NCBI RefSeq assembly: GCF_009914755.1
Contig: NC_060936.1
DNA from: the human T2T-CHM13v2.0 reference genome, Homo sapiens
Reading direction: 5' to 3' (one strand)
Length of the DNA stretch: 64,000 nt
Part shown: one piece after another, positions 1 to 12,201 of the stretch
How the letters are laid out: each line of letters begins with the position of its first letter
Position numbering within the stretch: the first letter of the stretch is position 1
Notes under the pieces: generated by a model
What the model saw: only the letters and a program-made list of their open reading frames with translations
Databases searched by the model: none
What the model was told of the DNA's origin: nothing
Position numbers and translations under genes: made by a program

Positions 1-2024
1 AAAAGTGTGGTGAGATATTTAATGTTACTTTAAAATATTTGTGCAAATGATCTCTATGGAAGTGGTGGTAAATAAAGTACTCTGCAAGCAGGAGTACCCT
101 TTGTACTCTGTGGAGCGATCCATAGAGCTCAAAGAACTTGTTTCCTAAAAACAGTTGTAAAAAATTTTTTACCAATCAAGCTTATAAAGTCAGCATCTGA
201 AAGGATTGCTTACTCCCCTACACCTGAATACCATTCACCAGTCAGAGTTCCCAAGATCTCAGTCTGCTTTTCTTGTGATGCATTTATTCACAACAGTTGC
301 TACTATTGGCAGAAGCAGAGAACTTACTCTTCATCCAGTTGGCTCTAGTCCCATTGTCAAAACTTTAAGTGGATTCTGATTAATGCACCAAGGTAACCTG
401 TAATCCTTTACTGGAATCTGAAACCAAGAATTGTATGGAGCTTACATTCAGGCTATGGGAGACAGTTAATATCACAACAAAGCTTTTTGTGTCAAAATAA
501 ATGTATTTAATGGACTGGAAATGGCTTTCTGCAATTAGCACACTTAGAGAAAATATACTCATAGAATTGAGTTACATGCCACATAAATTTTTGGTGTATG
601 TCTAGCCAGGTTTGTTGAAAGTTTTCAGATAAACTTTAGTCCTGTGTCAAAGGGAAACCAAATTTCTAAATTCTAACCTTTATACCTGTTTCTTTAATGC
701 CTCTGAGAATGGAGGTCCCTTGACTGTAAAGGTGATATAACTGGCTGGTATGGTTTATACATTATTCTAGACATCAACTGAAAGATGTGTGTCTAATGAC
801 ATTTGGCTCCTTTTAGATGAGTGGCTTTCACAGGGTGCATAGGCATCTAGAGGCCCAAAGAGGTATCTTTAAAAGGCTGCTTTGTGGAGGGATAGGAGGA
901 ACAGATGGTCAAAAGTGAGCAGAACCCTAGGGAGCCTCCTTGCACACTTAACACACCACACCAGTTCATAATCAGATCGAAAAGCTTAAAACCATTGTAC
1001 TAATAAACTCAGGGGTGTTTCCTTCTTGACCATATTTTTCTCAGCTGTAGCTATGCCACCAGCTGTATAAACAGTTTCTTCAGCACAAGGCAAGATACTT
1101 TTTCTTTTATTTGTCAAGATTTTGCTATGCTGCTTCAGTCAAGTCTTTTTATAGTTGTCTCATTATATTGGGCTTTATAAATTTATTTATTTTTAATATT
1201 AAATATTTATTGAAGTAAGTGACCCAGAAACCAGGACATGAAGATTTTTCTCTTTGCCCAATTTGGGCTGTGATGATGTATTTATGTAAAATAGCATTTC
1301 TGGGAACTAGAACCTGTTACTGTAAGCAGTCATAAAACGTATCTAAATTCAGAGTTCTAAAAGACCAGAGGTAAAAGAGGCCAGTATATTAGCTTAACTA
1401 CAGTACTGAGTTTTGCTCCAGTGTTTATTTGCTATGGATTCACAATCGTCAGTTTTCTATATCCTTTATGTCAAGGTTATTACTCTTAATCAAACGGCCT
1501 GACATGGGAAACATTTAAAAAGCACTATAATTTAAAAAGGCATTTTGAGGTCTTTTTTGTTTTATTGCCTAGATGCAATTTGGTATTCCTGTATGTATAT
1601 ATATTCAGTATGTATAAATTTATGTGGCTAATACATGGTAGATACATAGTAAATATCAGATAAGTAAATGAAAGAATGACACCATATTACACTGGTTCTT
1701 TCTATTGCAAATGTAATGTGAAAACCTGAATTAGGTTGTGCTTTCATAATTTACCCTATTTCTTTTATGGAGAATCAGTGTATCATTTATATGGTAATTC
1801 TTAAATTACTTGAGACATTTTCAGAAACTGGTATCTCTTCAAAATATATCTGAATTTAAAGCACACGCCACAAAACCACCTATTTGTTGCATGGTTTTTT
1901 TAGTTAATGAAGATTACACATGCATCTCCATAGTAAGGATTTGACTGAATAGAGTAACTTACCTCCTGGATCATCTGAGGCCTTCTGTGTTGCCTATTTC
2001 TCCACAAGTGGCTCCCTAACGCTA

Positions 2025-2230
2025 GTAATAATAGCTGGTATTTATTGAGTGCTTAATATGTGCCAGGCACTTTTCTAAGAACTAGACAAATATTATATAA
2101 TCTTCACAACAATCCTTTGAGGTATAATTAATCTCATTTTATAGATGAGAAAACTAAAGGCAATGAATCGAGTAATTTGTCCAGGGCAAACAGTTCGTTA
2201 AGTGGTCAGGCAGCCTGACTCTAGAGCTTG
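2025..2230 (-). mobile_element. MIR SINE fragment
   Basis: Reverse complement of MIR core (tttattgagtgcttaatatgtgccaggcac...cattttatagatgagaaaact). Confidence 0.75.
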
Positions 2231-2304
2231 CGGTTTTTGGGAATTTTATTGTTGTTTTTTGAGGTAGGCAAAGCAAGTTTTATTGTGCTCTTCATTCTGC
2301 CTTT

Positions 2305-2975
2305 TTACTTTGGGGATAAAATATGTAACATCAAATTTGCCATTTTAATCAGCTTTAAGTGAACAAATTTGTAGCATTAAGTACATTTACACTGTTATGC
2401 AACCATCACCACTATCTCTCTTCAGAACTTTTTCCTTGTCCCCAATGAAACTCTGTACACATTCCCCTCCTTCTAGCTCCTGGTAAGCACCATTTTACTT
2501 TCTGTCTCTATGGAATCTAAGAATCTCTATAAATGGAATCATATACAATATTTCTCCTTTTGTTATTGGCTAGTGTCACTTAGAATAATGTCTTTAAGAT
2601 TCGTTCATGTTGTGGCACATGTCAAAGTTTCAGCTGAATAATATTCCATGTGTGTATATACATTACATATACACCTTTTGGTTGTTGTGAATAATGCTGG
2701 TGAACATGTGTCTACCGATATCTGTCAAGTCCCTGCTTTCTGCTCTCTTGCGTATATACCCAGAAGTGTTGTATCACATGGTAGGTAGTTCTTGTGTTTA
2801 ATTTTGTTGCCAGCCTGCCATATTTTACATAGCAGCTGCACCATTTTATATTCCCACCAGCAGTGTACAAGGGTTCCCTTTTCTCCACATCCTCACAACA
2901 CTTATTATTTTCTGGGGTTGCTTGTCTTTGGGATTTTTAGTAATAGCCATCCTAATGGGTGTGAAGTCAGAGCTT
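2305..2975 (-). mobile_element. Old L1M (L1MB-like) 3' fragment, antisense
   Basis: Typical antisense L1M 3' UTR motifs (catttacactgttatgcaaccatcaccac; ttcccaccagcagtgtacaagggttccc). Confidence 0.75.
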
Positions 2976-3189
2976 ATTTTAACTTCTACTATATTCTGTT
3001 TCAAAGCCAATCAAAGAGAGAAATAAGTTTGCCCTTCAGATAGCTTCCCTGTTCTCAGAGCATCTATTATTTTTCTTTGATATAACCAAAACAGAAAACA
3101 AAAGAAAGAAAATGTATCTGTGTATACCCCGATATTCCTGAAAACAGAAAAATCCATTTGATTCATTCTAAATTGGTAAATATTCACAT

Positions 3190-3910
3190 ACATCTGTCAG
3201 GTAGTTCTGGTCCTATCTTCATAATACATTCTGAATCTAATTACCCTTTTTATTTGTCATCGCTGCTACCACTCTGGTCCAAGCTAAAATCTCTCTCTCC
3301 AGGATCATTCTCAAAGCCTTCTCACTGGTCTTGTTGCTTCTACCTTTGTTCCTCTTCATTTTGTTCTCAAAACAGCTGTTAGTGGGATCCTTTTAATATG
3401 TAAATCAGACTAGTCAACTGTTCAGACGTCCTCGCAGTGGTATACTTGCACCCTTTCTTGCTATACTATTGCCACACTGACCTCTTTACTATGTGTCAGG
3501 CACTGCAGACACACTCCTGCCTGAGGCCTTTCTGTTGACTGCTGTTCCTTCTGCCTGGAATGCCTGTCCTCCAGATAGCTGTCATATCGCTCTCATTCCC
3601 TCACCACCTTCAAGTCTTTACTCAGGTATCACCTGTTCTGTGCCCTTGTTAACAGTTGCTGCACTCCTGCCTTTACCACTCCATATCATACTTCTTACAT
3701 TGCTCTTTTTTTCTCACAGTGCTATTCACCTTCTGACATTCCATATAACTTACTTATTAAGTCTGTTTTCTCCTCCAAAAAGTAAGCTCCAAGAGGGAAG
3801 AGGAGTTTTTGTTTTTTTGTTTTTTGGTCTGTTTTTGTTCATGTAGATGTCCCCAGAATAGTGCCCAGCACACAGTAGGCAGTCAGTAAATTTTTGTTGA
3901 ATGAATGAAT
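3190..3910 (+). mobile_element. L2 (L2a-like) 3' end
   Basis: Ends in gtgcccagcacacagtaggcagtcagtaaatttttgttgaatgaatgaat, the L2 terminus. Confidence 0.75.
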
Positions 3911-4220
3911 TTTTTGAGTTAGTCAGCCCCTCCTCAGCATTAGGATACCAAGAAAATTGAGTTCCCTTTCCTCGTCAAGCTTCTACATCTAGTTGAGGAA
4001 TGGGAGCCAGGGAATAGAATTCAAGAAAATTCAGATATGGTAAATTTCCATTTTGTTCTTTATATTGTTTTTTGGGGGAGCAGTGTATTCTGGGTTTTTC
4101 CCCCTGGAAAGTTGTTTTAGTTTCATTCACATATAACATCTCCTTTCCCACCCGCCTGTCCCCTTCTTTCCTGGTCTTGGCTTACAAAATGCCCTTTCCT
4201 AAAAACCCTGATCCCTTTCG

Positions 4221-4645
4221 TAGGGGTTGCAAATTGTCTAGATTTAGCCCACAAGTATGTTTTGTTTGGCTTGCTCCATGTCCTATTGGTTATTTGGTTT
4301 GTGGTTTTGCTTGTTTTACACAGTGTTCTTAAAATAATTTAATTACTTAGCAACATTTAGAATTCAGATATTTTAGATGAAAATCTTGATTTCTAACTTC
4401 TTTTGAAAAAATGGAAGTTCTGTTAACATATCCCATAGATATTTAGATGAAAATCTTGATTTCTAACTTCTTTTGAAAAACTGGAAGTTCTGGTTACATA
4501 GGGCCTGCATTCTACGTGACAACCAGTTGATGGAATTGAGTAGCTGTGGTTTCCTTCCTACGAGGTATAAGCTCCTTTGGTTTGACAGATTATCCTATTC
4601 ACTTATGTTACCTGTCCAACTCCTGTAGGTTGACTTTAGAGTTCC
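4221..4645 (+). mobile_element. MER102-like hAT-Charlie element with internal tandem duplication
   Basis: Starts taggggttgcaaa...tgttttgtttggc and ends ttcacttatgttacctg...cctgtagg, matching recalled MER102 consensus. Confidence 0.6.
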
Positions 4646-6402
4646 TTTTTTAACCACAATGCTTTGAATGAATTTAAGCCACACATTGTAGATTGAAGTT
4701 AATTTTCATATAGCCGAATTAAGTTTTAATGGATCTTTTTTGTTAAATGACCTAGTACTGTTGATGTTGGCCAAAGGTAGCAAAAATTTGAAGAAAGAGC
4801 AAAAGACTTGAAATACAGTTCAGGTTTTATACCTGTGTTCATTTGTCCATACCTTTTTAGTGTGTCTTAATCCTTTTGTCTCCAGGCCCATAGCTGTTGT
4901 CAGTTCATATAATAGTCTTATACAAAATTTATGATGAAATACCACAGATAAGAATTTAGACACTTCTTGTCACCTAATTGGAAGTCACAAGATTGGAGTG
5001 CTACAAAATGGGACAGAGGAGCAGAGACAAGGTGGAGGAGATCATGATAAATATAATTACCCAATAAAATGTCCACCACAATTAGTGTTCTTAAAGCATC
5101 TTAAGACTCCAAGTTTTGGAATGAAATAAAACTAACTCCAGAATTTCATAGCGTTAAGATTGAAACCTGGACTGTGGCGTCTCAGACTGTACTATTTGAG
5201 GTTGAAAGGTGTCAGGTATTTGTTCCACCAAAAGTAATCTATTTTATGAAATCTCACGTCTTTGTTGTCACAATGGCTATTATTTGTTTTCTCTTCCTTT
5301 CTGGGTAGGGAAACTACATGAGACTCTGGTTTGAAGTGGGGAGCGGGAGAAGAGACAGTGTTCATCTGCCTTCTGCCACAGCACACTGGCATTTTTCCCA
5401 TAAGAGAGTGCTACGCTATACTTCAGTGCCCTAACTTGTGTTTTCTGTGGCTTTTGTTTACATTCTTCCGAATATCCAGGGGAAAAATGTCTTTTTAAAG
5501 GAAAAAATGAAACCCAAATCCCTAGACTGACTTTGGAGGGTTGGAATGTTTTACTCTATGGCAAAAAATGAGTTCTTACTCTGTAAGAATGAATTTCTGC
5601 CTTCTGCTTTTATACTCAGATAGCAAGAATTGTGTTACTTTAGTAGCTAATTTCAGAGCAAACCATTATATCATTTTAGCAGCCAGGGGACTTGAGGTTA
5701 CCTTATGTAAAACAGACTTAATTTCCACCAAGCTCTTAAGAGAACCAAGAAAACCATCAAACTGTGTCCTAATCTGGGAATTCATATAGTGACTTTGTAT
5801 GCTGTGGTGCCCACAATAAGCCCACAGCTTACCAGTGTGTCCTCCTGATTTCATTTTTTTCCCTGAAGCATGTGATCATGTGTGCAAATGTCATTATATC
5901 CTAAAAGTGCCTACAGGCCTGATTTTTCAAATTACAGCTCCATTGAATTTGAGGAGAGAAGCCATCTCTCAAGAGGCAAATAAGCATGATCTACATAGTT
6001 AATACATCTACCTTCCCTTATACTTTCTTCTAAGGCCTGATTTTCTTTGCTTGGGAAGTGGTATGTATCTATAATAAGCACCTTTATTCATTTATAAGAC
6101 TAGTTGTTTTTCTAATTTAACAGGTGGCAGAAGAGAAACCAGTGAAAAGAGATGTCTTGTTATATGCCTGAGCAAATAATGGATGGGTGGTGGAATTGTA
6201 TTTTCAGTGTGGCATCTGGATACGTCTCCATAGTTCTCAGAAGCCTTGTCTGGGTCTTCTTTGTTCTTGACTTTTAGGAAATACGATGACCCATTCAGCA
6301 TTTTTGTTGATGGCCTCTAACTGGAGGCCTTTTTCTCTTCTTTTAGGAGCACCTGATAAAAGAGGAAATAGCACACAATGAGTGTCTAAAGCAGGCACTC
6401 TA

Positions 6403-6404
<2 letters not shown>

Positions 6405-6448
<44 letters not shown>
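6405..6448. repeat. (CA)22 microsatellite
   Basis: Perfect CA dinucleotide run. Confidence 0.95.
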
Positions 6449-6450
<2 letters not shown>

Positions 6451-6487
6451 TTTATTAGTTGGTCTAAGGTGAGGCCCAAGCTTTTTT

Positions 6488-6527
6488 TTTTTTTTTTTTT
6501 TTTTTGAGACGGAGTCTCGCTCTGTCA
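6488..6527 (-). mobile_element. Extremely 5'-truncated young Alu (about 40 bp) with 13-bp TSD
   Basis: T run followed by gagacggagtctcgctctgtca; flanked by cccaagctttttt at 6475-6487 and 6528-6540. Confidence 0.85.
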
Positions 6528-7291
6528 CCCAAGCTTTTTTCAAAGTTTCTCAAGTGATTCTAATGTACAGCCAAGGCTAGAAATAAATGACAAGGCTATG
6601 GGTTTTCAGGTTGCCCCAGAACCTTTGAAAGTACCTTAAGAGAAAACAAGTGGGTAGGGGACAAATAAAGGGACTCTACGCCCCTATCTACTTGGCTATT
6701 CCCATCCCCTTCTTGCCTGAGCAGTTCACTTTTGTCTATTTTATATATTGGGTTTCTAATGGGGGAAAAGTTTTAAACATGACTCTAGATGTAGGTCTTA
6801 CGCAAGAATGGCAAGATAGGTTTTGAATCAGGTTTTCGAGGATGGTGAGCACTGAGTCCTTCCATAAGAATTGGTATGTCATGCAGCCTCTGAGGAAGGT
6901 AGAAAAGAAAAGTAAATCTAATAGTAATAGATAACAGTACGTAGTAAGCAAGCCTTTACCCCAGATGAGAAAAGCCCTAGTCAGTAAAGAACTTGCCCAA
7001 CCGAAAGTCTCAAAGACGGGTTGCAAGCTGGCTACCAGAAGATTTAATTAATCACTGTGTCTTTGTCTTGGCCAGTATCTTTTTTTTTTTTTAATTTAAA
7101 CTGGGCACCGTTTTCCAGTTGATCTCAATCTCCCAACACTCCACATTGTGTATATTTGACCCTCTCACTCACTTGCTTATCTTAAAGGCGTGGCTTCTGA
7201 AAGCGTTTATGTTCATAGACCCTAGAAAGCAATTTATTAGCAATTGCTATTTGCAGGGATATTTAATTTGATCATTAAAAACAAACTATCT

Positions 7292-7596
<305 letters not shown>

Positions 7597-8455
7597 AGTA
7601 TGTACTTGGCTGGTACAAGATACTGTGATCTCTTGTCTGCTTCTCCAGAAAAATGTTTGTTGTGGATATTTAGGAGCCATTGAAAGAGTTATCTTTTATT
7701 TCCTGTCCTCAAAAAAAAAAAAAAAAGTATGGCTTTTCTCTAAGAGAATAGTTTGTTTGGTATTATAACCTCATACAAAGTTTATGCAAAGTATTCATTT
7801 TAAGTACTGTATTAAATCTATTTCCAGATAGCCAGGATGATATACCTGTCTCTTGGTAGGCTAGATTTCATCCCTTTTTTTGTCTAGGCCAGATCAAACC
7901 TAATTAAAATTGTTCTTCTGCTTTATCTTTTATTATTTAAACACTCATTGCCCTCTGTGGTCTCACTAATGGACTAATTTCCTGAGATTATAAATTGGCA
8001 TGCTTTCATTTCCAGATTGTAGCCTCTCTGTCATCATTTTTCCAATTTTTTTTGATGTTTGTTTTATGCTGTATCACAAAATGGATTTCCTCATTTCTTC
8101 TTCCCTGAAATCATGTGTCCCCTTAGAATTAATGGATAAGCTGTGCATCCACGGATATCCTAACGGCACTAATCAAATTTTGTATTTTTAAAAAGCAACC
8201 ATGCCTCTAAAAAAAAAAAAAGTTGGCAAGACAGTTTTCGTTTTTTAAAAAAAGTATAGCCCATTTCCCAAAGCAAATTAGTGGAAAAGTCCAGTTTTAA
8301 AAATTCCTATATCAGTTCTATACCATAAAATTGAAATTATTGCCAATTTTTTGGCTATTATACTCTTTCTTATTATCACTTAAAAGTTGGACCAGAAAAG
8401 TATAGAAAGAGCATAATTTTAAAACATACAGCATAACTTTTTTTTCTTTTTGTAG

Positions 8456-8575
8456 CATTAATCTTATCACTGGTCATTTAGAGGAACCAATGCCAAACCC
8501 CATAGATGAAATGACAGAAGAACAAAAAGAATATGAAGCCATGAAACTTGTCAACATGCTTGATAAACTTTCCAG
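8456..8575 (+). CDS. RIC8B: RIC8B coding exon 9 (120 nt, phase 2-2): [40 protein letters not shown]
   Basis: Long T tract plus TAG acceptor (AG 8454-8455) and AG|GTATTG donor; translation matches the conserved Ric-8 C-terminal motif (TG..EE...P...MTEEQKE.EAMKLV.M.DKLSR). Missed by the ORF track. Confidence 0.96.
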
Positions 8576-9100
8576 GTATTGTATTCCCATCCATTTTTTG
8601 CTTGGTTTCTAAAAATGGTCTATTTCTTTGTCTCTCTCACTGAGAGTTACCATAGAACAGCAACTCTGGAAATCCATGTTGATTGGAATAGGGTGGCCCA
8701 GGCAGCAGTAGTTCAGATAGCTCTTGGCTACCATGGTTTTTCTACATGTGCCGCTTCTGGATGTGCATTCCTAAACATTTAAACTCTCAAAGCTAAGATA
8801 GTAACTACCAGAGCACTGTAATAATTAACCAACTAACCTCCCTGTCTTCAAAAAGATGCTGTGAGTTAGATTCAGTGATTTTGCTGCTGCTTGTATTTTT
8901 GTTTTAGCCTGTTTTAGTTTTTGTTTCAAATCATGATGCTTTTATTTTTTCATTTTTGATGTGTAAGTTTGCAATTACGCCTTTTTGGGTTGCTGCTGAA
9001 ACCAAGAATTCTAAAATGTCATGCACCCAATAAGAAAAAGTGAAAAGAAATAGCTCACATGAAGGATTTTCTGAAAACAGGGACTTGTATTAATTAGGAG

Positions 9101-9104
<4 letters not shown>

Positions 9105-9133
<29 letters not shown>

Positions 9134-9140
9134 CAAAAAA
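9105..9140 (+). repeat. Genomic poly(A) tract (A29-C-A6)
   Basis: Direct observation; no TSD or Alu body attached. Confidence 0.9.
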
Positions 9141-9911
9141 CTCCCCTTCCCCTCTTGCTTCTCACCTCCTTCCCCTTCAAAAATAACCAGTTTTGAAATA
9201 ATTAAATCAAGTATATACTAATCAGCAACTAGTCATCTTGGAGGAGTTATTAGAAAATAATTCCTTTCATACTTGGCTGAGTCACTCTATTTTCTAGTCA
9301 TACATTGAGTCACTATCTTCTTTAAGCCATCTTGAATGAATGCTTCTGTGTGTTGGTGGCAGCTGCCACTTAAAGATGCATTTCTTCTGGCCATCCCCTT
9401 TTTCACAGTAACTGTGTAAAGGCTAGTATCCCTCAGTCAAAAGAAGGAGCCATTGGAATGGAAAAGCCAGAGAGCCAACCATGAAAGGGAAAGGTGGAAC
9501 ACAGAAACGAGCAGAGATTAAGGGCACAGCAGAGGCTTAGGGGTAGAAATGGACAAGAACAAGAGACTGACATGGGGAGTGTGACAAGTATGGATATTTA
9601 TCCACGCTGCAGAGTATGATGCTGGTAGTGTGGTAGAAGTTGTTTAGGAGTAAATAGCTTAATTATCTACAAAGCTAATAAGACTAGAACTCAGTAACTT
9701 CCAGCTAGCCCTTTTAAATTTTCATCCTTTCTCAAGGTTAGAATTTACAGCTAACTGACTATATTCACAATCTTCAAAAGACATTGTTGCCTCTTTGCAA
9801 ATTACATTCTCCATACCTTTGTATAGAACAGAAATGTTCCCTCCCAGAAGGGATTAATAGTCACAGAGAAGATACCGATAGGGCAAACCTATAGGAGGCA
9901 GAATAAGATCA

Positions 9912-10363
<452 letters not shown>

Positions 10364-12114
10364 TTAGCAAGGACCTGAGTAGAACACATTAGTGTGTTAG
10401 GACAGTAAACCAGTTGCATAAATTTCATATTCTGACCAACAACATGAGTTTTTAAAGTTTAACACAAATGCCATTTAACTGGGCCATCTACCCTGGATGA
10501 GTAAACTCCAGGTAGGGAAATGGAAGACAGGGGAAATAACTGCCTAAGACTACACAGTATAATCCAGATACTTGGCTTACTAATAGAGGAACTACCATTT
10601 CATAAGGCATCTCTATCACAGGCACAGAAAACAAAGGTGCTAGGTCCTTCTCCTTTTAATCTCAGGGGAATCCACATATTCTAGAAGCTGCCAACAAATA
10701 AATATACAAACGTCAAGTCTGAAATACCCCAGCTTCCACCTGATTTAAACTATGCCTCAAAGAAGATGCCTACTTATCCGGAAGTACCCAGCAGATGCCC
10801 AACTGAAGGTGACACTGATTTTTGCATGTTTAAAGCAGAGCAAATATGTCTTATGTTGGCTTTGATGGTATCAATTTTGCCATTAAAGTTGAAGCAAAAG
10901 GCAACCTTGAGAATAGTTCAAATCATACAGAATTTTTGCATGACGTGTGTTGGGCGTTTTACATTGTCTGCCTTTGTGTGCTTTCTAACATTTGCTCTCA
11001 CTAAATACAATCAATGACAAAACTGTATAAAGATCAGCAGTGGGCATTCCAAAGCAGTAATGCAAAGAATGAAGTCATTCTTTATGCGTCTTACATGTCT
11101 TTTGTGCTGTGTTCCTCATTAGTCTTAAGTTTCTTCTCTCTTTCCACTTTTTTTTGAGGTAAAAAAAGATGCCATAAAGCCAAAATAGACTAAACTCAGT
11201 ACAATTCAGGGAACATTTACTAAGCAGCTACTCTGTGCAAGGCATCGTGCTAGGAACCTGAGGAAGATTCAGAGGAGAATGTGACAGTCTCTGCCTTTGG
11301 AAAACTCACATTCTAGTGGAAGAAATGACTGTAATCTAGTCTAGAATACAAGGTAGAAGGAAATAATGACAAAATGAGTTCTATGTTGAAATGTAAGCAT
11401 GCAGGAAAAGGAGTAGTTCATTCTGTCTGGATGATTCAGGGACTGTTTCACAGGAAAGCTAGCATTTGTGCTGATCCTAGAATTTTGATGTATTTAATAG
11501 AAAAATGGAAAAATGACCATTCATTCCAGGTGGAGAGAAATTTAATCTTGTTAATAAGTCTTGGATAGTCACATACTACTTATTTCTTCTAAAGAGCTCA
11601 GGTTGTTTTATCATTATTTGATTAGTACGTTATCAGATTTATCATTGGGGGAAGCAAGTACCAAAGAATTGCCCAAAGCATTTCCAAGCTAATGACTGAT
11701 GATAATTCATTTCCTTTTAACAGTTTATAAAACACTTTCACATACATCCTCTTTCTAGTTTCATTTTAAAAAGTGAGACTAGACCTTCATTTTCCAGAAC
11801 TCAAGACGTTTGCTCTGTCCACTGTACTACGGTGTCTGTCTGTTATAGTAAGTGTTTGCCAGAACACTTCCTCATCACCCTGTCAGCATTGTACTATTGG
11901 TTAGTTCCCTCCCTTTCACTCTAGGACGTTCTGCATTCAACCAAGTCGTTATTGTGCTAAGAGTGTACCATAGCTTTGTCTGATTAACTTTCCTTCTCAA
12001 AAATGAAATGGTTTTCTCCTGCACCTGAATTGAAAGGCATGTGAGTAAAGGATAGGGTTGGAGGTGATGTGGCCAATGAATGGACACTAGACACTTCCTT
12101 TTTTCCATCCATAG

Positions 12115-12201
12115 GAGAGCAGATGTGAAGGACCTGCACCAGGATGGTGGTTAGCAACAGTGGCCCGTGCCAAAGCACTTACCAAAGTGATGATGACTAA
12201 G
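12115..12201 (+). other. RIC8B: Candidate RIC8B alternative cassette exon (87 nt)
   Basis: Acceptor cttccttttttccatccatag|g and donor aag|gttggt; after exon 9 it reads RRADVKDLHQDGG* (TAG 12152-12154). Confidence 0.45.
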
